From a virus, in IMG/VR virus record IMGVR_UViG_3300044820_000144, positions 115,592 to 136,218 of that record: a stretch of 20,627 nt of DNA; one strand, given 5' to 3'. The notes beneath the pieces were generated by a model that was given only the letters and a program-made list of their open reading frames with translations, was not told where the DNA came from and made no database searches. A program made the position numbers and the translations under genes. This document shows positions 1 through 7,315 of this stretch, piece by piece. Position 1 is the first letter of the stretch, and each line of letters opens with the position of its first letter.

Positions 1-1
1 T

Positions 2-331
2 GCGCCGATACCGGCAATTCCTCCAGGGCAGATTCATCGTGTGATTTTCGATCAACTCACTACCCGATACGACAGCAGGGTCAAGGTGCAGCGTGCGGAT
101 GGGACGGACTATCCGGCCCAGTACAGCGTAAGGGTGAGTTATCGCGACTACCGAGGCAAGGGGAGGCAGGAGTCGTACACGCTGAATCTCGACATGTTCA
201 GCCTGGGGAAGTTCATGTCCTATCGCACGCTTTTCGACCTTGCTGATGACGTGCATAAGTTGTCTGATCGCGTCTGCGGTCTCCTTCCGGAGACGACCGG
301 CCCCGTGCTACAACGTGATCATGAGAAATGA
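2..331 (+). CDS. hypothetical protein (probably 5'-truncated by the window edge)
   Basis: Frame is open from position 2 (APIPAIPPGQIHRVIFDQ...) to TGA at 331. Protein-like composition; GC looks lower than downstream genes. Confidence 0.6.
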   Translation, partial: APIPAIPPGQIHRVIFDQLTTRYDSRVKVQRADGTDYPAQYSVRVSYRDYRGKGRQESYTLNLDMFSLGKFMSYRTLFDLADDVHKLSDRVCGLLPETTGPVLQRDHEK

Positions 332-434
332 CCGGATCGAACAGACCTGCGTGTCGCCCGACTGCATCGTCAAGCCCCCCGTCCGGGGCGGGGGAGTCAA
401 GCACGAGCAGTGCCCTCCGCCGCATGGACGCTGA
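321..434 (+). CDS. possible 37-aa Cys/His peptide
   Basis: ATG 321 to TGA 434: MRNDRIEQTCVSPDCIVKPPVRGGGVKHEQCPPPHGR (Cx4C...HxxC). Overlaps the upstream CDS by 11 bp; no clear RBS. Confidence 0.25.
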   Translation: MRNDRIEQTCVSPDCIVKPPVRGGGVKHEQCPPPHGR

Positions 435-441
435 GCCCGCG

Positions 442-447
442 TAGCCT
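442..447 (+). promoter_or_regulatory. putative -10 element (TAGCCT) upstream of a hairpin
   Basis: TANNNT hexamer 9 nt before the start of a 16-bp stem. Confidence 0.4.
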
Positions 448-456
448 GGTCCCTTC

Positions 457-513
457 GGTGCCGGGCCCCAGGTTGTTGCTTCGGGCAGCGTAAAACCCCT
501 GGGGCCCGGCATC
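457..513 (+). ncRNA. long GC-rich stem-loop (candidate small RNA or terminator)
   Basis: ggtgccgggccccagg (457-472) pairs with cctggggcccggcatc (498-513): 16 bp with one G-U. Inner hairpin tgttgc-ttcgg-gcagcg. Confidence 0.45.
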
Positions 514-625
514 ACCTCTCCCGCAGAAGGGGGCCCTCCCGCAGTTCTGCCCCGCCGGCGCTTGGCCGAGAGCCCAGCTGGTCGAGGGATGTCCGAGGGG
601 TCTGGTCGTGGGCGAGAATCGCCAG

Positions 626-967
626 ATGACCATACCCGCGGAGCTGCCCCAGGGGCCGGGCTACGAGGAGCTGCTCGGCATCCCGATCTCCGTCATCACG
701 CAGCTGGAGCGGCTGAGGGTGGACGCCTGGGAGGGGAGGCTCGGGTCGGCGGACGAGTGGGAAGAGGAGCACGCAGCGCTGCTGGATGGCCACCTCGTCG
801 ATGTAGAGCGGCTCCGCGCCTTGAGTGAGGCGCTTCGGCCCATCTGGAGACAAGATCGCGATGGCTGGGTTCTTCGCATGATCCACGAGCTGAACATCTT
901 GCTGCCGCCGAGCGCGGCGGAGGAGCCGCTGCCTCTCCCGGCCGTCGCCCAGCTGGCGGATGAGTAG
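626..967 (+). CDS. hypothetical acidic protein
   Basis: Helical, acidic ORF. ATG 626 lies 6 nt after GAGAAT (leaderless geometry). Confidence 0.7.
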   Translation: MTIPAELPQGPGYEELLGIPISVITQLERLRVDAWEGRLGSADEWEEEHAALLDGHLVDVERLRALSEALRPIWRQDRDGWVLRMIHELNILLPPSAAEEPLPLPAVAQLADE

Positions 968-1067
968 CGATCGTCACCTGTCGGTGCGGTCCACCTCACG
1001 GTGCCTCAGCGCAACCATCTGACCCGTATGGGTGACGCCGACACGCTCCGTAGGTCACCATGAGCAC

Positions 1068-1466
1068 ATGACGCAGGGAGTTCCCGAGGACGATCCGCAC
1101 CCGTGGTGGCCCCCCCCGCGGGGGGCGGACGAGGATCCCACCATGGTGGACCTGAGGGACATGGAGCTGGGCGGACCCCTGCACGAGGCGCAGGCGCCGG
1201 CGAAGAAGCGCCCATCCCCGGAGCGCGCCAAGATCGAGATGCTGTTCACGTGGGCGATCGACCTGCTCATCGTCGGGGTCATGGCCGTGGGCAACGAGTA
1301 CTTGAACCACTTCCTGGCCCAGAACGCGCCCGAAGGCATGCACGAGATGGAGATCCGGACGATCCGGGTCTTCTGTGAGGTGGCCACCCTCACCACGTGC
1401 GGCCTCATCGTGGTGTACGACATCTGGACGTTCGCGAAGGAACTGTGGGGAGGGAAGGCGGAATGA
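1068..1466 (+). CDS. membrane protein (2 predicted TM segments)
   Basis: Hydrophobic segments LFTWAIDLLIVGVMAVG and VFCEVATLTTCGLIVVYDIW. CACCAT+6 nt before the ATG; ATGA overlap with the next gene. Confidence 0.75.
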   Translation: MTQGVPEDDPHPWWPPPRGADEDPTMVDLRDMELGGPLHEAQAPAKKRPSPERAKIEMLFTWAIDLLIVGVMAVGNEYLNHFLAQNAPEGMHEMEIRTIRVFCEVATLTTCGLIVVYDIWTFAKELWGGKAE

Positions 1467-2182
1467 CTGCACTTCCGTTCGGTCATGGCCCCAGGGAGGC
1501 GGCTCGCCTGTACGCCTGGCGCGTGGGCCTGCTCGCCGGCTTCGTCGTCCTGTTCAACGTGTCCGCCTTCGCGTTCGTCGGCGGCCTGCCCTACAGCGGG
1601 TACCTCCTGGCCCTCCTGCTCCCCGCTTGCCTGGTCGCCTACAACCGGTTCGTGCGGAGGCCGCGCGCCTGGTGGGCCCACGGCGAGGTGGAAGTCGCCT
1701 ACCTGCGACGCGTCCTGGACGACTACTACGACCGCGAAGCCAGCATGATCACCGACCTGCAGCAGACCCAGCGCCAGCTTGCCGAGGCGCGCCGGCAGCT
1801 GCAGGAGGCGCACGCGGCGAGCACCAGGGATCCGAGCCGGCTGGCTGACGTGCTCCGCCCGGAGGGCAGCGCGACGGCGTGGTTCAGGCACGTGAGGCCC
1901 GGCGCGTTGGGCTTCCCTCATGACAGCGCCTTGGTTCGGATGTCTGGTCATCAGCCGTTCAGCGTCTACACGCCAGACGGCGACGAGGTGAGGCTGACTC
2001 CGCTCAGCGAGCATGGCCGGCTCATCATCGACGTTTCGATCATCCCTGCTGGGGCCCCGGACCCCCGAGCTTCGGAGACCCCGGGGCCCCGGATCTCGGA
2101 TGTCCGGGGGTCCGGCATTGTGGACCTGCGGAGGGCAGATGCGGCCGTCCGGCAGCCAGACCCGGAGGGCAGCCAGGGGTAA
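1463..2182 (+). CDS. membrane protein with coiled coil
   Basis: Two TM segments (VGLLAGFVVLFNVSAFAFV; YLLALLLPACLVAY), then a heptad-like stretch DLQQTQRQLAEARRQLQEA. ATGA coupling at 1463-1466. Confidence 0.75.
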   Translation: MTALPFGHGPREAARLYAWRVGLLAGFVVLFNVSAFAFVGGLPYSGYLLALLLPACLVAYNRFVRRPRAWWAHGEVEVAYLRRVLDDYYDREASMITDLQQTQRQLAEARRQLQEAHAASTRDPSRLADVLRPEGSATAWFRHVRPGALGFPHDSALVRMSGHQPFSVYTPDGDEVRLTPLSEHGRLIIDVSIIPAGAPDPRASETPGPRISDVRGSGIVDLRRADAAVRQPDPEGSQG

Positions 2183-2219
2183 GTCGTACGCGTGGGCCTG
2201 ATCGAATTCGACCGTACAA

Positions 2220-2408
2220 CTACGCCCGGGAGAAGGCTTCCCAGGCGTCTCGGGCGACGACCCACCTCACCGGCCAGGGCCCCCACTGTTGCCGGCCGCT
2301 CTCGGCCCACCAGCCGCGGTCGTCTCGCCAGACTCGTCCGATGGGGGTCTGGGTGGCGCGGTCGAGGAGTCGGCCCGTCGACTCGATGATGTACGGGGCG
2401 GGGCTCAC
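2220..2408 (-). CDS. small Trp-rich hypothetical protein
   Basis: GTG at 2408 lies 6 nt after TACCCT (2420-2415). Sequence includes IGRVWRDDRGWWAESGRQQWGPW. Confidence 0.6.
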   Translation of the reverse strand: MSPAPYIIESTGRLLDRATQTPIGRVWRDDRGWWAESGRQQWGPWPVRWVVARDAWEAFSRA

Positions 2409-2484
2409 GCGGCCAGGGTAGACGGGGAGACACAAGCGCGTTGCCCATCATGACCATGGGCGACGCGGAGAGAGATGGTGATGC

Positions 2485-3063
2485 ATGCCGGGACGTCTTG
2501 ATCGTGTGGACTTGAGTGGCCTGTCGGATGAGGCGACATGGCTGTACCTGCAGGAGCGGCTTCGAGTCGGTGACTGGGGGCCGTTGCTGCACGGGGAGCA
2601 GGCGGAGCGGATCCGGTCGCTGCTGGTCGCCGAGCTGAACCACGTGACGAGCGAGTTGTCGGCCCGCGCCTCGGACCTGGCTGTCCTGGAGCAGGAGTGC
2701 CACGCCCAAGGGCCGGCGGGCAAGGCCCGTTGGTTCGAGGCCCAGGCTCCGTACAACGAGTGGCGGGCCAAGGCGATCCGCTTCAAGCGGCTGGTCGAGA
2801 CGCGCCTGGCGGAGACGAAGCGCGCCGAGGTGGTGGTGCGCCGGGAGCGCAACGAGGCGAACGAAGCGTCCCGCAGGGAGGATCAGCGCTCGACGCTGCG
2901 GACGTTGGCGTTGGCGATCGCAGCCCACCAGGACGCCTGCCGCGACCTGGGCATCGAGCCTTCCCAGGCGGACCTGAAGCTGTGGCGGGTGTTGGACGAG
3001 GTGAGCGTGCCGTTGGGTACGGGGACGGCGACGTTGGCTCAGATGCTGGCCCGCTGGTTGTGA
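2485..3063 (+). CDS. hypothetical helical/coiled-coil protein
   Basis: 192-aa ORF with GC-rich third codon positions; purine-rich GGAGAGAG upstream. Confidence 0.85.
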   Translation: MPGRLDRVDLSGLSDEATWLYLQERLRVGDWGPLLHGEQAERIRSLLVAELNHVTSELSARASDLAVLEQECHAQGPAGKARWFEAQAPYNEWRAKAIRFKRLVETRLAETKRAEVVVRRERNEANEASRREDQRSTLRTLALAIAAHQDACRDLGIEPSQADLKLWRVLDEVSVPLGTGTATLAQMLARWL

Positions 3064-3069
3064 CCTGGC

Positions 3070-3107
3070 GCGGCGCCCCCGGGGTACCGTCCGAGGGCGC
3101 CGCTTCT
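3070..3107 (+). terminator. putative intrinsic terminator
   Basis: gcggcgccc (3070-3078) pairs with gggcgccgc (3095-3103), a 9-bp stem followed by ttct, 6 nt after the stop at 3063. Confidence 0.5.
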
Positions 3108-3206
3108 CCAGACACGGCCGTGAGCTGCATGCACCACTCCGCCGAGACTCGGCGTGACCCGAGGGCGGTCAGGCTAGTTGGCGTCCCAGCGTGATCGCGC
3201 CGATAT

Positions 3207-3416
3207 ATGCCGATGCGCAGATGGATCTACGACTTCGTGACGGGCCCGCGGTTCGGGGCGTACCGGCTGGCGGCATGGGTGGTGCAGATCCCGATCGCCA
3301 TCACGACGTCGCTACAGTCGTCGGTGGCCTACCTGGTGTTCTTGTCCCTGGCTGCGCTGGTGGAGTCGGCGCTGACGGACGTGATCGAGGGCTGGAAGTT
3401 CACGGAGGAGAGCTGA
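3207..3416 (+). CDS. small membrane protein
   Basis: Two hydrophobic stretches (LAAWVVQIPIAI; VAYLVFLSLAALV) in 69 aa. Confidence 0.7.
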   Translation: MPMRRWIYDFVTGPRFGAYRLAAWVVQIPIAITTSLQSSVAYLVFLSLAALVESALTDVIEGWKFTEES

Positions 3417-3418
3417 TC

Positions 3419-3559
3419 GTGGCGGAGTCGAAGCCGTTGACGGCGAAGCAGCAGGAGGAGCAGGACGCCTACGTGCAGAGCCTGGTCGACGCGGCGCCCC
3501 CGCTGACGCCGGCGCAGCAGCTGCTGGTCCTCCAGCTCTTCACGGCACGTCGCCCCTGA
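3419..3559 (+). CDS. small hypothetical protein (LVDxAPPLT motif)
   Basis: GTG 3419 after GGAGGAG. MAESKPLTAKQQEEQDAYVQSLVDAAPPLTPAQQLLVLQLF resembles small proteins of actinobacterial mobile elements (recalled, not searched). Confidence 0.7.
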   Translation: MAESKPLTAKQQEEQDAYVQSLVDAAPPLTPAQQLLVLQLFTARRP

Positions 3560-3607
3560 GTTTCCGCCTTCGGCTGGTCGATCACGGGGTCAACGTCCAG
3601 CGGGAGG

Positions 3608-3946
3608 ATGACCGTGACCAGCACGCACAACATCACCATCAGCGAGGAGCTGCGGACCAGCGAGGAGATCGCGGGCATCCGCGCGCTCGTGTCTGCGTCG
3701 GTCGGGGCGACGGGTCCGGTGGGGGCCACGGGTGCGACGGGCCCTGTGGGTGCCACGGGTGCCGGCGCGACGGGTCCGACGGGTCCGACGGGGGCTACGG
3801 GCCCTGCTGGGGCGACGGGGGCGACGGGTCCGAGGATCGGGCCGGCGTTCTCCCTGACGGGCGCCAAGGGCGGCAACACGGCCCTGGCGAACCTGATCGC
3901 GGGCCTGGCTGGCCTGGGTGTCCTGGTGGACAACACGTCTGCGTGA
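3608..3946 (+). CDS. collagen-like (Gly-X-Y) repeat protein with fibre-like C-terminal helix
   Basis: 14 GXY triplets (GAT/GPV/GPT/GPA/GPR); C-terminus TGAKGGNTALANLIAGLAGLGVLVDNTS. Confidence 0.85.
   Translation: MTVTSTHNITISEELRTSEEIAGIRALVSASVGATGPVGATGATGPVGATGAGATGPTGPTGATGPAGATGATGPRIGPAFSLTGAKGGNTALANLIAGLAGLGVLVDNTSA
3704..3835 (+). repeat. 9-bp-period coding repeat (collagen triplets)
   Basis: ggggcgacg/ggtccgacg-type units: 6 triplets, one GA interruption, then 8 triplets. Confidence 0.85.
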
Positions 3947-4001
3947 CCGGATCTCCGCAAGGCGACTGACGGCAGCCGCATGACCCCATAGGGTGACGTC
4001 T

Positions 4002-4319
4002 ATGGGCGTAGAGGAGTACGGCCGTTGGGTCACGGAGTTCCTGTTCAGGTTCGACGAACCGTGCATGGTCGGGATGGAACGGTCGATCTCGGAGATCGAC
4101 GTCGAGGAGCTGCTGCACGACGGGATCACCCGCGACGAGATCATCGAGGCGCTGCTGACCGGCGGCGCCGTCGTGGTCGCGATGCAGCAGCACCGAGTGG
4201 TGGCCAGGTGCCCGGACTGCGGGCGGAGCGGTAGCGTGATGGTCCCGACGCTGCCGCCGGATGACCTGGGTCTGCTGGGGATCCGGTGTCCCCGCTGCAC
4301 GGCTGCGAAGCTGAACTGA
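4002..4319 (+). CDS. zinc-ribbon protein
   Basis: CPDC...CPRC motif. ATG 4002 lies 7 nt after TAGGGT (3989-3994); TGATG coupling to the next gene. Confidence 0.8.
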   Translation: MGVEEYGRWVTEFLFRFDEPCMVGMERSISEIDVEELLHDGITRDEIIEALLTGGAVVVAMQQHRVVARCPDCGRSGSVMVPTLPPDDLGLLGIRCPRCTAAKLN

Positions 4320-4669
4320 TGGCCGCGCTGCGCTACTGGAGCCCGCTGGTCTTCGTGACCTCGATCCCCGTCTACGCGTGGCTCATGCTGCGGTGGGCGG
4401 GTCAGTCTCGGGCGATGCTGGCCTCGGCGATCTACTACACGTTCGAGTCGCTGTACTTCCTGTTCCGGGTGTTCACCGAGCTGCCGGCGCACAGCGTGTG
4501 GCAAGCCTTCCACGCGGGCGTCGACGGCCTGTTCGCCGTCTCCGGGTTGATTCTGGCCCAGCAGGCGTGGGACAACTGGCGCCGACGGCGGAAGAAGAAG
4601 CCGGCGCGGGGCCTGGGGCGGGTGGGCCTGCGACTGGGGCGGCTGGTGGTCATCCCCGTGGCAGAGTGA
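4319..4669 (+). CDS. membrane protein (about 3 TM segments, basic tail)
   Basis: Three hydrophobic segments followed by WRRRRKKKPAR; coupled start. Confidence 0.8.
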   Translation: MAALRYWSPLVFVTSIPVYAWLMLRWAGQSRAMLASAIYYTFESLYFLFRVFTELPAHSVWQAFHAGVDGLFAVSGLILAQQAWDNWRRRRKKKPARGLGRVGLRLGRLVVIPVAE

Positions 4670-4674
4670 CGGCC

Positions 4675-4992
4675 ATGGATGACGCGAAGCGGATCATCAT
4701 GGCCCGGCCGGTGGACCCGGCCCAGTACACCCCGGTCCGGCAGGCCCTGTGGCGTCGGGTGATCGCCGAGGCGGGCCGCAACCCGACCATCTACCCGGAC
4801 AGCGTGCAGATGGCCTGCGAGATGTGCGGGATCGCAGTGTGGGTGGGGCCCCGCCAGCGGGCGTTCTTGGACGAGGAAGGCAAGGTCGGCCGGGCCCCGG
4901 TCGTGCTGTGCATGTTGTGCATCGGCCACGAGGTCGTGGACGCCGACAGCGTCGCGGCGATCGATCTGGGGAACCCGCACCAGCCGGAGTGA
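4675..4992 (+). CDS. putative zinc-binding protein
   Basis: CEMC...W...CMLC motif; similar to 17549-17902. Confidence 0.8.
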   Translation: MDDAKRIIMARPVDPAQYTPVRQALWRRVIAEAGRNPTIYPDSVQMACEMCGIAVWVGPRQRAFLDEEGKVGRAPVVLCMLCIGHEVVDADSVAAIDLGNPHQPE

Positions 4993-4998
4993 CCAGCT

Positions 4999-5043
4999 CT
5001 GTGTGCCCCTCCTGTGTGCCCCTCGCCCGTTCTGTGTGCCCCT
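4999..5043. repeat. three exact copies of the 12-bp direct repeat CTGTGTGCCCCT
   Basis: Copies at 4999-5010, 5012-5023 and 5032-5043, between convergent genes. Confidence 0.95.
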
Positions 5044-5326
5044 ACCGCAGGACCGGCCGCAGGTACTCCGAGGCGATCCACGCGGTCATGGACACGTGCC
5101 CGTGCCGGCCGGGCAGGGCGAGCATCACTTGGCCCAGCCAGACGCCGTCGGTGTGCTTCCAGGCCAGCAGGAGCCCGGCGTGCCGGCCGGGGGGCAGGTC
5201 GGGGGCGTTCATCACCCAGCAGTGGGTGGGCAGCTCCTGGCGGGGCTGTCCGGCGGGCAGGCGGTCCCACCCGAGCCGGGTCGCGGTGGTGCGTGCCTCG
5301 TCGCCGTTGTACTGACCTCCGGCCAT
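5042..5326 (-). CDS. small beta-rich hypothetical protein, probably LexA-regulated
   Basis: HCWV...AGLLLAW...VWLGQV...WIASEYLRP. ATG lies 6 nt after CACCAT; SOS box upstream. Confidence 0.75.
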   Translation of the reverse strand: MAGGQYNGDEARTTATRLGWDRLPAGQPRQELPTHCWVMNAPDLPPGRHAGLLLAWKHTDGVWLGQVMLALPGRHGHVSMTAWIASEYLRPVLR

Positions 5327-5345
5327 CCCGCCATGGTGCCACGAC

Positions 5346-5361
5346 TAGAACACCCGTTCGA
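5346..5361 (-). promoter_or_regulatory. LexA (SOS) box
   Basis: TCGAACGGGTGTTCTA on the minus strand has one mismatch to the actinobacterial consensus TCGAAC-N4-GTTCGA. It sits just upstream of the putative -10 (5338-5333) of the 5326 gene. Confidence 0.75.
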
Positions 5362-5438
5362 GTGGCTTCGCGCCCCACGCCGACCGCAGTACGACACGTG
5401 GGGCCAAGCCTCTACGGGCGCGTAGTTCCCGCAGCCGT

Positions 5439-5654
5439 TCAGTCGTCGCCCCGCCGCGCCATGGCGCGGCGGGTGGCCTCCCATGCTCTCGCCCACCGGG
5501 CCCGGGTCTCCGGGCTGATCGTGGACTTGCGGTCGGTGACGCACTCGCAGCCCATGTACCGGCACACGCACCGCGGTTCGTTCCAGTGCCAGTCCCCGTC
5601 GGGCTCGCAGCCGCAGCCGCAGGTGCACACGGGGCGGGACTCCGGGGGCTTCAC
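5439..5654 (-). CDS. small Cys-rich protein
   Basis: GTG 5654 in GTGA overlap with the upstream stop; CTCGCGC...HW...CVC...GCEC. Confidence 0.65.
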   Translation of the reverse strand: MKPPESRPVCTCGCGCEPDGDWHWNEPRCVCRYMGCECVTDRKSTISPETRARWARAWEATRRAMARRGDD

Positions 5655-5980
5655 GTGGCTGCGTTCGGGTCGGGCTGCAGCATCCAGTACTTCTGCTCGG
5701 GGGGCTGCCAGAGCAGCAGGTTGGCGTCCTCCATGGCGACCAGGCCGTCGGCCACCTCCAGGGGCGGGATGCCCTGCTCGTCGGAGATGACCTTGATGCT
5801 GATCGGGGGCCCGTCCTCCACCCGGTACGGCCACTGGATCATCGCGAGCTTGGACTCCTCGTCGGCGCCCATCTCCTCCAGGCGGCGCAGGATTCGCGCG
5901 GGGCTCTCGACGAGAAGGCGGTTGCGGTGGCTCGGCCTGGGGTTACGAGCCGGCTTCCGAACCCTCTTCTTCTTCGGCAT
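5651..5980 (-). CDS. hypothetical protein (basic N-terminus, possible winged helix)
   Basis: Starts MPKKKRVRK; ISIKVISDEQGIPPLEVADGLVAMEDANLLLW has wHTH-like spacing. Confidence 0.7.
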   Translation of the reverse strand: MPKKKRVRKPARNPRPSHRNRLLVESPARILRRLEEMGADEESKLAMIQWPYRVEDGPPISIKVISDEQGIPPLEVADGLVAMEDANLLLWQPPEQKYWMLQPDPNAAT

Positions 5981-6476
5981 GAGCAGACCCTATGGGGTCG
6001 GCGGCGGCTGCTTCAGCTTGCTGGGCGGCGAGGATCTCGGCGGTGAACTTCTCCCGCCAGTAGTCCTTCGCCTCCTCCCAGGCGTCGTCGCCGATCCGCT
6101 CGCGCCACTCCTGCTCCCGCCGCTCCAGCATCTGGACCATGGTCGCGGCGGCCTGGGCCTTGTCGTCGCGGATCTTCTGCAGTCGCTCGGCGATACCGAC
6201 AAGGGTCTCATGGGCAACGAGTGCGTCAGCTTCGGTGACGGAGCGTATCTCGTGGGAGTAGGCCCCGCTGGTCCTGATGATCGACCCGAAGATCAGTGGG
6301 GGGCGACGGTCATACTCGTCGAAACCCACCCATGCCGTGATGACTTGGGCGTCGCCCACCTGTGTGACCTTGACCACACGAGAGGGCATGTCCTCGAACA
6401 TCGCCGCCCAGGTCAGAAGATCGATGGGGTCCCCGGAGCGATCGAAATACATCATCCTGATCCTACCTTCGGACAT
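5943..6476 (-). CDS. phage-type hypothetical protein
   Basis: YFDRSGDPI...W...ITAWVGFD...PPLIF...TEADALVAH pattern of a common uncharacterised phage family (recalled). CACCCT+7 nt before the ATG. Confidence 0.85.
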   Translation of the reverse strand: MSEGRIRMMYFDRSGDPIDLLTWAAMFEDMPSRVVKVTQVGDAQVITAWVGFDEYDRRPPLIFGSIIRTSGAYSHEIRSVTEADALVAHETLVGIAERLQKIRDDKAQAAATMVQMLERREQEWRERIGDDAWEEAKDYWREKFTAEILAAQQAEAAAADPIGSAHAEEEEGSEAGS

Positions 6477-6649
6477 ACCCGACAGGGTGCTGAACGGTCA
6501 CGTGCGGGCTGCTGCGGCGTTGACCCCCCACCCCGAGGCCCACACTCGCGGGTGTCTGCGTTCGTCGACTGGCGCCGATTCTTAGCCCCGGCGGGTGAAC
6601 TTCTCCTCCGCCGAACGGGTGATCTCTTAACAGTTACAACGGTGTAGTT

Positions 6650-6692
6650 CCACCGCTGCAACTCGGTGGCCTGCGCTCACTGTGGGTGAGCG
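6650..6692. terminator. tandem hairpins downstream of the minus-strand operon
   Basis: ccaccg-N8-cggtgg (6650-6669) and cgctcac-N5-gtgagcg (6674-6692), just past the stop at 6699. Confidence 0.45.
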
Positions 6693-6698
6693 ACAACC

Positions 6699-6845
6699 TC
6701 AAAACGGTTGCGAGCCCATCGCGATGATCGGGCAGAGATCTTGATGGCCGGGCTCCTCGGGATGTGGGCATATCAGGCTCTCGATCTTGTCCAGGAGGTT
6801 CTGCGGCATTCGTTCTGCATCGAGAAAAATGGTCACTTCCACCAT
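6699..6845 (-). CDS. 48-aa hypothetical protein (not in the ORF track)
   Basis: MVEVTIFLDAERMPQNLLDKIESLICPHPEEPGHQDLCPIIAMGSQPF; starts 14 nt after the previous stop. Confidence 0.55.
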   Translation of the reverse strand: MVEVTIFLDAERMPQNLLDKIESLICPHPEEPGHQDLCPIIAMGSQPF

Positions 6846-6859
6846 CCCGGCCGGCTCGC

Positions 6860-7069
6860 TCATCCTTGATCCTCGATGTCGATCCGGGCGGCGGCAGCGA
6901 GCATGGTCATGACCTTCAACGCCGCGGATGATTGATCGTTTTCGCAGGTGAACTGGTGAAACAGTTGCCGTTCGTCATCCGTCAACCGGTCCCACGCGGC
7001 CATCAGATGGACCGGATCTTCCAGCGGCATGAGGGTGGGCCGGCAGTCCTGCCACCGATGAGCTGCCAT
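6860..7069 (-). CDS. hypothetical protein
   Basis: TGATG coupling at 7069 with GGAGG RBS; MAAHRWQDC...FHQFTC. Confidence 0.75.
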   Translation of the reverse strand: MAAHRWQDCRPTLMPLEDPVHLMAAWDRLTDDERQLFHQFTCENDQSSAALKVMTMLAAAARIDIEDQG

Positions 7070-7305
7070 CAGTCGATCACCTCCACGGTTACGCGGACCC
7101 GCCGGCCGGCGAGCAGGGCCCACTGCTCGTGCTGCCCGTCGGGGTCCCAGGAATGCAGCGCCACCCACACGCCGCGTTCCTTGGTGGGGTCATTCAGCGG
7201 GCCCTCTACCTGCATATCGAATTCGGCGATGATGGCCATCCCGCCGTCTTCCGTCTTGACGTCCTCGGGTCCCAGGGGGCCCTCGTAGACCAGGCGTGTG
7301 CCCAT
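7069..7305 (-). CDS. phage-type hypothetical protein
   Basis: LHSWD...H...LAGRRVRVTVEV motif; GAGGTGAGG RBS. Confidence 0.8.
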   Translation of the reverse strand: MGTRLVYEGPLGPEDVKTEDGGMAIIAEFDMQVEGPLNDPTKERGVWVALHSWDPDGQHEQWALLAGRRVRVTVEVID

Positions 7306-7315
7306 GCCTCACCTC

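Noticed and set aside
3207-3416. Holin call for the small 2-TM protein
   Set aside because: No adjacent lysin, and hydrophobicity alone is not sufficient.
4999-5043. CRISPR interpretation of the triple repeat
   Set aside because: Repeats are 12 bp with 1- and 8-bp gaps; no spacer-sized intervals and no cas genes.
6611-6626. Second SOS-like site CCGAACGGGTGATCTC
   Set aside because: Mismatch in the core GTTC plus flanking mismatches, and far from the nearest predicted -10.
5586-6647. 353-aa plus-strand ORF (similarly 1055-2014, 1966-2928 and 3590-4513 on minus, and 18153-19157 on plus)
   Set aside because: These overlap better-supported coupled genes on the opposite strand and have shadow-like composition.
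6695-6756. Additional hairpins caacc/ggttg and gagccc/gggctc as part of an ncRNA
   Set aside because: They fall within a plausible 48-aa CDS (6699-6845, minus strand), and short GC stems are expected by chance.
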